Below the pieces are notes generated by a model. That model had not been told where the DNA came from. It searched no databases and saw only the letters and a list, made by a program, of their open reading frames with translations. Below, in pieces: positions 28,075-36,500 of a stretch of DNA of 36,500 nucleotides (its first letter is position 1; each line of letters starts with the position of its first letter). This DNA is from Choristocarpus tenellus KU-1152 (taxonomy: Eukaryota; Protista; Phaeophyceae). Location: assembly GCA_964200185.2 (NCBI GenBank), contig CAXNAD020000045.1, positions 1-36,500 of the forward strand. Direction: 5' to 3'. A program made the position numbers and the translations under genes.

Positions 28075-28728
28075 ATGGACCCAAACCTAGTCTTCCATGG
28101 CAAAGGTGCGTTGCCTATCCACTCGGAGTACATCAAACCTTCTATGTTAAATCACGAGCTTCCCGTGGATGGGAAGCCTGAGGTTGCGTTTTCTGGGCGC
28201 TCCAATGCAGGAAAGTCGACTCTTATTGGAGCCCTTATCAAGAACATCAATATTGTGAGGACGTCTAAGGAGGCAGGATGCACCAAAACTGTGAACTATT
28301 TTGGAATGCGAAACAGTCCCAATAGTCCATTCTCTGCTTATCTTGTGGATCTCCCTGGATATGGATTCGCCCGGCAGTCTCGGTCCACTGTTCGGCAGTG
28401 GACCAATGCTGTGCGTAACTACCTAGTCCTCCGCCCTCCCACCGTTCTCAGAAGAACCTTTCTGCTTGTGGACGTTCGACATGGGTTACAGGCAGGTGAC
28501 ATGAAGATGATGAAGTTGCTTGATGAGGCTGCAGTGACCTACCAAGTGGTACTAACAAAGGTTGACAAGGTTACGGACATCGAACTGGTTCAGGCGGTTG
28601 AGGAAGTTTGTAGATCTGTGGCAAGGAATCATCTTGCCTGTTTTCCTGTTGTACACTGCATCAGTGCGAAGAAAGGCTCAGGAATGTCAGACTTCACTGA
28701 TTCGTTATGCTATATAATGGGCCAATAG
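28075..28728 (+). CDS. engB: EngB/YihA/YsxC-family ribosome-biogenesis GTPase (5' end uncertain)
   Basis: Single open frame with PEVAFSGRSNAGKS (G1), RTSKEAGCT (G2), LVDLPGYG (G3), VVLTKVDK (G4) and ISAKKG (G5). The frame stays open upstream to 27961, so an upstream exon carrying a targeting peptide is possible. Confidence 0.9.
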   Translation: MDPNLVFHGKGALPIHSEYIKPSMLNHELPVDGKPEVAFSGRSNAGKSTLIGALIKNINIVRTSKEAGCTKTVNYFGMRNSPNSPFSAYLVDLPGYGFARQSRSTVRQWTNAVRNYLVLRPPTVLRRTFLLVDVRHGLQAGDMKMMKLLDEAAVTYQVVLTKVDKVTDIELVQAVEEVCRSVARNHLACFPVVHCISAKKGSGMSDFTDSLCYIMGQ

Positions 28729-28745
28729 TTAAAACGGAAGTGTGG

Positions 28746-31700
28746 TTAAGCATCATCAAGAACAGCTACACCAGGCAATTCCTTTCCCTCCAGTAGCTCC
28801 AGACTAGCTCCTCCACCTGTAGATATGTGACTAATCTGGCTGGCCACACCTGCCTTTTCTACAGCTGCAACACAATCACCCCCACCAACAATTGTTGTTG
28901 CGCCAGCAGCTGTTTGTACAGCAAGAGCCTTTGCCAGTTCATTTGTACCAGTAGCAAACTTGTCCCACTCAAATACTCCCATTGGTCCATTCCAAACAAT
29001 AGTCTTAGCAGTGGATAACTCTTGCTTGAATGTAGCAACAGCCTCTGCCCCGATGTCAAGTCCCATCCATCCATCAGGAATGTCCTTTGCTGCCACCTAT
29101 TTGATACAATAAAGAAAAAGTGAAAGGTTACAGATTCTAACCATGTGTTATTTTTCTTGTCGCTATCAATTGTACTGTCAAATGCTCCAGGACTGTATGA
29201 ATGCAGCAGGAAACTAACGCTTAGGCTTTATGAGGAGAACAGTATGACCTTACCAACCTCAAAATTATGTTTACAGTGCGATGGGGTATACCTCTAACGA
29301 AGGGCAAAAGGGGAAAGAAGCATGTTTTTTCAAGGACAGTCATGTCGAGAAAGCTTGCCTGCTTGACCATGGCATCAGAGGCAAATTTGTCTGCAACGAT
29401 CACATCCTCAGGAAGGATAAGCTTGACACCCTTCTCTTTAGCCTTGCTCATCAGATCCTTCGCCATTCCTATGAAATCCTCCTCGACCATGGATGATCCA
29501 GTTGGTAAACCAAGAGCTTGGTAGAAGGTAAAGACCATGCCACCACCGATAAGAATGCTGTCACATTTGTCAAGTAAGGACTCCAGGACAGGTATCTGCA
29601 GCATATGAAGTGGGGATGGAAAATGTCCATGGAAAAAAACAGTAGAGGTTGGTTGTCAACTTCAGGAAGGGGATGTAAGACTAATGATTCTGTTGCTCAG
29701 GCAAATACCTTTGTTGACACCTTAGCACCCCCAACAATGGCAGCAAATGGTCGAACTGGGTCATCCACAGCTCCCTTGAGGTATGTGAGCTCTTTTTCCA
29801 TAAGGAACCCTGCAACTTTGTGTTCCATGAATTCTGTAACACCCACGTTGGATGCATGGGCACGATGAGCAGCACCAAATGCATCATTGACATATATGTC
29901 TGCCATTGCACTCAGCTGCACAACAGAAGTGGCATGGACACACAAGAGGTTTGACCCAGGAATTCAGCAATAAATGTCAGATGACAAGAAATACGTTGGA
30001 AGTACACAAAGAAACATCTCACTGATGGGGGGGGCCTTACTCGACCTCCAGAGTATGATTTCCACCCTTTTCATGGAACCTATCCTCAAGGTAATTTGTA
30101 CACCCTAGATCTATTGGTGTGAATCGCAAGAATTTTAACGCATATAAAAACACAACATACTGCACAAATTACAATTTAAACCCTACATTTTGCTGATTTT
30201 TTGTCATAGGAGAAGGAAGCAAAATACAAATGAAATCAGAACAATAGAGTGTGCATTACTTACAACTCATTATCTCTTCTCGAAATGCTTCAATGGGTCA
30301 ATTGAGCTGAAGGGTGCATGCAGTGTGGAGAGGTCAGGCAACCGCAAGGAAACACCAAGTGCTGCTTTCTCAAGTGAATTTTGAGCATGCACGCATAGAC
30401 AAAAAATAAGTTGACTAAGATCCTGTCAGTAAAAATGTATGTATGGAATGTTAAAAAATGAGTACTTGTTGCATTTTCATCTTATCTACCATATTATTAT
30501 ATTATTCCTTGGAATACTAGCTTGTTTTCTAGTGGATAATTCTGTGCGAATTTTTTTCTCACAAAAAGCATTCCTCATCTTTCATCTATGTATAGTATTC
30601 ATTTCTCTTGTTCAATTTACCAGGTCTTGCAAGCATGATCAACACACTTGACAGTATTAGTTAGGAATAAAATACTGCTTTCAATGTAATTCCACAAAAT
30701 GCAATATACAACATCCAATTAGTGAATCTAGGAATGGACGGAATAGGTAAAATTTTCAAGTATGTCTATTTTTCTTCAATTAATCAAGTTGAATTCAATC
30801 ACAAGTACAAAACTACCCAAACCAAAATGGTCTACCCTGGATCATGAGGACATTACACCAACGAAAGCACCACTTTACTGAGCTAACATTCGAATTAGTG
30901 TCTGCTATCCACCTTTTTACATCATGTAGATAAAAAAGTATCATAGAGAAATATTATTTTCTTGAGCAACATAGGCATCAGTCACCACTGTAAAATGGTC
31001 AAAACTCAAAAAAACAATTCAACCTCACTCAGCAACGGGAGACTTAGTCATCCTGGTGAAAATTCTTGTGCTAGCATCGGTTCAATTTTGGCAGGTCACC
31101 TTGTTCAAATTAAATTTCCACAAACCACATGATAGTAGAAGCGAATTACCTTTCAACCCATGATACTGCGTATCATGAATGGGAAATTCCTTGATTCTAG
31201 TCCAGTCAGCAAGGAGTTCCTATTGATGCATAGTTTAGCTCGTACCTTCTTTGCAAAGACTGGGTCGTTTTTTGTTTCTCCCTTATGAAAGCGCAAGTTT
31301 TCCAACACGATGACATTGCCAAACCTGACCCTGCGAACCTGTAAATACAACAGATTGAAGCATCGCAAGACAAGTAAATTCTACATCACCCATAAAATCC
31401 ATTTTAAGGCATTGGAGCAGGTCTTCTAGGTCCTCAGACACTACTCAAATATGTGTTCAATCCCTTTGAAAGCAAGTGAGTTGTACAGACAACTTCTGAG
31501 AGAGCCGCAGAAAAAATACTTGAGTTACCCAAAAGTTATGAAATCACATAGTTCTGGTTGCAAAAAAATATATGGTCAACCTGTGTTCATCCCAAATGAC
31601 CGTGGCACCAATACTTTGCATGCCAAGAGCAACAGCAGTTGCGCCCACGACCAACTGCCAGTCTATGCCAACAACACACACTTTGAGCGCAAGTCAATAC

Positions 31701-32592
31701 AAAGTTGGTGCATGACAGTCTGGAATCACCCTGAACAAAAGCGAATACTGTTTTCCCTTGCCTGGTCTTCAACGATATCACCAATGCAGTCATCTGGTTG
31801 AGGAATTGGCCTCTCCAACAACATAGCCAAGCATCCAGCCACTGGTCCCAGGGAGAGAGACGACACTACCTCTCCATTCGGTCGGCCAGCATGACTGCAA
31901 AGTATGACCTGTTCAAGTAGTTCCGAGCCGTTAACATCAAATGTGTCGTAGTAGCCCACCAAGATGATATCATCCTGCTACCGGGCTCTGCTTTCCCCTC
32001 CAATTCCAAGAGGCTCACTCGAAACAATCTCAGAGCGGTGGAACGAAGGAATGCCTAATCAATAAATATCTCGGTGTACAAGCAAAAACCAAGATCGAAA
32101 GGCATATTTTATTGTCCCCACCTTCGCACCTTGACCTAGGAGGAACTTCACTGTTGGCAAAACCTGGAACCGGCAAAAGAGATTAGAGTTAACAATGATG
32201 CAAGTAAAATAGAATTCATTTAGCTAAAAATTTACGGCCACAGGAGTGGTCACAGCTCAGTCTCACCGCTCGTATACGGGTATCATCGGTCACGGTCCCG
32301 TCCTCCTTGCTCCTGGGCACGTTTAGGTCCGCTCTGACCAGGACAGGTCGATCCTGATAGACCGTGGTGATAAACCAGTCAGATGTGTCGGAAAAGGCCT
32401 AAGAACTCTTTGCGATGCATCTTCATCAAAAGTCGGATACTTGCTGAACGCGATTTGGTTCACCTTCAAAGGCACACTTGCAGCAAGTTGCTGCAGTGTT
32501 TTCTTTGCCATAGGGACATTGGTAATGCCAGAAGAGAGCATGCGATAGGTAGATCTGCCATTAAGCCTGGACCAGGTTCGAATACAGGCCAT
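28746..32592 (-). CDS. PGK: Phosphoglycerate kinase with probable mitochondrial presequence, 8 exons, 430 aa
   Basis: Exons 32592-32464, 32353-32267, 32163-32122, 31908-31762, 31338-31246, 29915-29709, 29595-29359, 29096-28746. Motifs [83 protein letters not shown]. Confidence 0.97.
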
Positions 32593-35039
32593 CGTGCTAA
32601 CCAGTTATTGAAGTCAAAGGCCTAGAAGTGGAAAAGTGACAGTGTGATGACTTCATATTTAGTCGTAATATTTTATTTTATGCTTTATTGAGGGATATAT
32701 TTTGGACTGAATTTTGTACATTTTGCCATCCACTATCTATACAAAATAATTCATATTCGATATTTTGTCCACTTACTTAAGTGAGATGCCAATTTACGTA
32801 TCCCTAACAGGGTATACCTCAAGTCTGGTGTTATATGAAAGTACAGTTCATCACCGCTCAATCTTAATGTCTACTACTATTAATGTCACCATCACCCACT
32901 AAAAGGAACAATGAGAACCACTACCCCATTCATTCAACTTCTCAGAATGACAAGGTAATGAATGAGACAGTAGTAGTGATGCTCGAAGTATCTTGGTGAG
33001 AAACAAAAGTACAACCGTGGAAGAAGGGATGTGTATAAGCATAGAGAAGAAGCAGGGAACAGAAGTAGCGCCAGTATCAAAGAGGAACCTGACATAATCG
33101 TGTTTGAAAACACGATTATACAATGTGCATTTTTACAGTGGTTTGCCCACATGTCTCAGAAAAGTACATATACGATACGATGAACACCCCTGCTTTAAAT
33201 CATAACACTACTAGTCTTCCCACCCACGAAGACCCCCTCCAAGACATCTTGGAGTATTGAAGATCAGTCAGACCACATAATCCTAACCCTAACTTCAAAC
33301 CATTGCAGTATGTAAACAAAATTAATAAACTATTCACCAAATGAAAGGACAACTGACCATTTCCGACACCTTGACTTGGTCTCTTCCAACTCCACTCTCA
33401 ACATCTCAACCATTTTGTGATAAAACCATACCTTGTCAAAGGTACTTTGTATAACAAAAGTGCCAGATACCTTGTTCACACCTTGGAAACAATAGAAAAA
33501 GCGACACACAAGAGTGTTAGTGTTAGTGACTTATGGGCCAATCCACTTGAGAGGCAGTCTATCGCATATTCCTCTCCTGTTGTATCGGTGCAGCACTGTT
33601 TCTTCACCCAATGACCTGTCTACATCACAGGTTGATTTAGGTGTCGCTGCCTCATTTTCTGCAACTCAAAAGAGTCTCTGTTACTCTGATGCCACTCATT
33701 GTGTGTGCCCCATGCTTCTCCCAAAAACATGTACTGCGCTCTTACCCAGGAAGAGGAACCATGCCAAAAGCATAGTCTTCGGTGGGAGTCAGTTCACTGA
33801 TTATGAGGCCTGTAGCAACCATCCTGGGAATTAGGTCAGTCCATTAGATGAGATTGAGGCCTATAGTGATGATGCTGGGGAGGACATCAGTCGAGCCAAA
33901 CGCAGCGCAGATGAAGGAGAGGTACTGGACATTATTGCAGTCTTGATGATGCGCTCCATTCAGCCTTCCTTCCCAATTTCGTCCTGTTTAGGACCAAACT
34001 GAAGAGTTCCTGGACTGATGCATTCATTGTAAGTTGACAAGAGCCAAACCAACTGAGAGGTAGGCAGGTTAGAATGTTAAGGATCCTATAGAAAGGGCAA
34101 GCCCCAAACACATTGGGAGGGCAAAGTCAACCACATTCCACGGCTATGCAGGAAGTGCTTCCTCACTGTTGTTGTGATGACTTGTGCCTCATAAGGGATT
34201 TTATCTAAGTGGGGAAAGGAGTTCAGGCTGGAAGTGGATACATATGTGTATGATTCGTGATTCAAGCTCAGTTCAAACACACAGTTGGCAAATTAACAAC
34301 TGTGGGGCCATATATTATCAAAATTCTTCTAGATGGCAAATGATCAGCAAGACATTGTGTTCCTAATTCGAAACAAATTTCATGCGATAAATCAACACAA
34401 TCATCATTAAGAAGCGAAAGCATCTATATCCCAATACTTGAAGAATGCTTGGTATACTGAATTCATTGTTTACTGTATATTACACATGTCAACAAAAGTT
34501 TTTCAGAATTTAGAAATACTTCAAGAAATGCAGTGACTACTCTTATGTTCCGTATTTTTCAGGGTTTCTCACTGGGCCACCAAATTAAAGTTAACCCACC
34601 CGCTGCTTGGACCAGTATCAAAAGTGAAAGTTTATGAAGTAATCTGAGTTTTGTGGGCGGAAGAATTCTGGTTGGTTGAGGGCACAGGGCAACGAAGGGG
34701 ACAGGAAAGAAAAAAAATTTGAGGGAACGAAGAGTTAAATAATGAATGGTTAAGAGAGGGAGGAGAGTGGTTAAGAAAATGGTGGCAGGCGGAGACACGA
34801 GTAGAGAAGGAATGGACAGTATTGAATCAAAGAGGAAACCTAAGGCTGGGGTGGCAGGACAAGGAGGGCTAGATCAAGAGGACTCCCGAGAAAGTTTTCC
34901 CGCCCACCCGTCCTGTCGCTTGCTCACGACCGACTTGGATCTTAGAGTGGGAGGGGAGGTCAAGTTCTGGCGGGGTAGATATCTTCTAGCTCAAAGGCGC
35001 GGTATGAAGGGGATGATGAAGGGGGATTCTTGGATGATT

Positions 35040-35212
35040 GTGGAGTGTTGAGTGGAGTGGGGTTGAGTGGTGTTCTATGTTGTGGTGGAGTGGTAAGTGG
35101 GGTGGGGTGGAGTGGTAACTTGGGTGGTAACTGGTGTGGGGTGGAGTGGAGTGGTAACTGGCGTGGGGTTGAGTGAGGCTGAATAGGGTTGAAAGGGGTT
35201 GAAAGGGGTGGT
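35040..35212. repeat. G-rich degenerate pentamer repeat (GTGGA/GTGGG/GTGGT)
   Basis: Runs such as gtggagtggggttgagtgg and gtggggtggggtggagtggtaac, with strong G-versus-C strand skew. Confidence 0.75.
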
Positions 35213-35215
35213 AGA

Positions 35216-35372
35216 GACCGGAAATCAGTGACGAAAGGGGTCACACTGGTTGGTCATCGGATAGGGGGGGGGTGACTGGAAATCAGTGGAGAAAAGGAGT
35301 TCACCCTGGTTGGTCATCAGAGGTGGACGGTGGCTGGAAATCAGTGGCAAAGAGGTTGCACTGGTTGGTCAC
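35216..35372. repeat. 58-bp tandem repeat, about 3 units with two invariant 11-bp boxes
   Basis: GGAAATCAGTG at 35220, 35278 and 35336 (exact 58-bp period). CTGGTTGGTCA at 35246, 35306 and 35361. Confidence 0.85.
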
Positions 35373-36500
35373 AAGGGATGTTAGAATATGGGGAGAAAAG
35401 GGAATAGGGAGGAATGCAAACATAGAATAAAATAATAATAATCCAGAATTCGTGAGCAAAACAAATCACTTGATGTGTCACGATCAATGATTGGAATATT
35501 GTTCATGACAACAATATTCCAAGTGGACAACTCGGACGTACGATGTTGGTGGCTCAAACTCTCCAAAAACGATATGAGGTGACTGTACGATCAATACATC
35601 ATGTCGGGGGGATCATGCCACACGGAAAAAAAATGAGTAGCATGTATGGTTCACCTGAAGTCTCCATCTCTTACCTGGTGGTAGACTTGAATCTTCTTTT
35701 TTTCTGTTTTAGGATGGGATTAGTCATTTCATGATGATCAATAAATCCATTTCATGAAAGCGTGACATGATGTAATGAACAGCCACCTTTAGCACATACA
35801 TGCTAATATATATGTGCCCGGCGATAATGGTCTCTTCACCACCGCATGTGTCCACTCAGGCAAACGAGATAAAATAAATTGTGTATTAATTTATCTAACC
35901 CACCAACATTTATGTATAGTCTATTTGCAAAGATTGATAAACCTGGTAAACACGAGATGTCAAGTCAGAGCTGGTCGTGAACAGGTTAACTGACATCTGT
36001 TACCAGTTATCTCATCTCTTCACAAAACGATAGACTATATCCATCTATGACAAAATGACACACACATGATATGTCCAAACTAGATGGACAACCTATGTAA
36101 GGGATTATAGTATGTGGGTACCACAAGATCTGGCCAAGAGACACTAGTTTTAAAAATAAGTACGCAAACACACCCTTAAACAAACAAACAAACAAAAAAT
36201 GGTCATGATCTGTACCACACATACACACAATAGTCTCTTTACTGAACGATAGGTTATGACACGACGGCAATGCATGATATACAGACTATGCAAAGGAGTA
36301 TGATAACAGTAAATACAAATTCTCAAGTCAACAACACAAGGGACAAGAATTTTTACTGGTTATCCAATCCATTTACTGCACGATAGACTGCAATCTTTTC
36401 ACGGCATTGTGGGATCTGTTCTATTCTTTTGTGGAGATCACAAGACGGTCCATAGCCACAAAGACGAAGGCGCTAGATAACATTAGTGGACGAACGACGA

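Noticed and set aside
33417-34060. Coding-like GC-richer stretch upstream of PGK
   Set aside because: Interrupted by stops, with no recognisable domain or consistent splice pattern; cannot be assigned.
35216-35372. CRISPR-like interpretation of the repeat/variable-linker array
   Set aside because: Eukaryotic context, no cas genes, 11-bp boxes, and linkers that are mutually related rather than unique spacers.

Overview
Eukaryotic, intron-rich nuclear DNA, most likely from an ochrophyte alga of the brown-algal lineage or a close relative. This is inferred from two bipartite plastid-targeting peptides, a mitochondrion-type PGK presequence and tight head-to-head/tail-to-tail gene pairs. Seven protein genes were reconstructed by hand, exon by exon: a plastid GluTR-binding-protein/HugZ-like gene (+), organellar SerRS (-), Sec61 gamma (+), the C-terminal half only of WRAP53/TCAB1 (-), FIG4/SAC phosphatase (-), an intronless EngB GTPase (+) and PGK (-). 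Also present are a decayed Tc1/mariner element with TIRs, a hAT-type MITE with TIRs and a degenerate 8-bp TSD, and several tandem repeats. The main anomaly is at 10.4-14.9 kb. WRAP53 has no visible 5' half and FIG4 ends at a strong splice donor. A candidate 47-nt exon would join the two in frame, but a deletion or misassembly is equally possible. Other notable signals are an excess of GC-AG introns, strong CpG mosaicism and convergent stop codons only 17-38 bp apart. No clearly new multi-gene system can be proven from the sequence alone.
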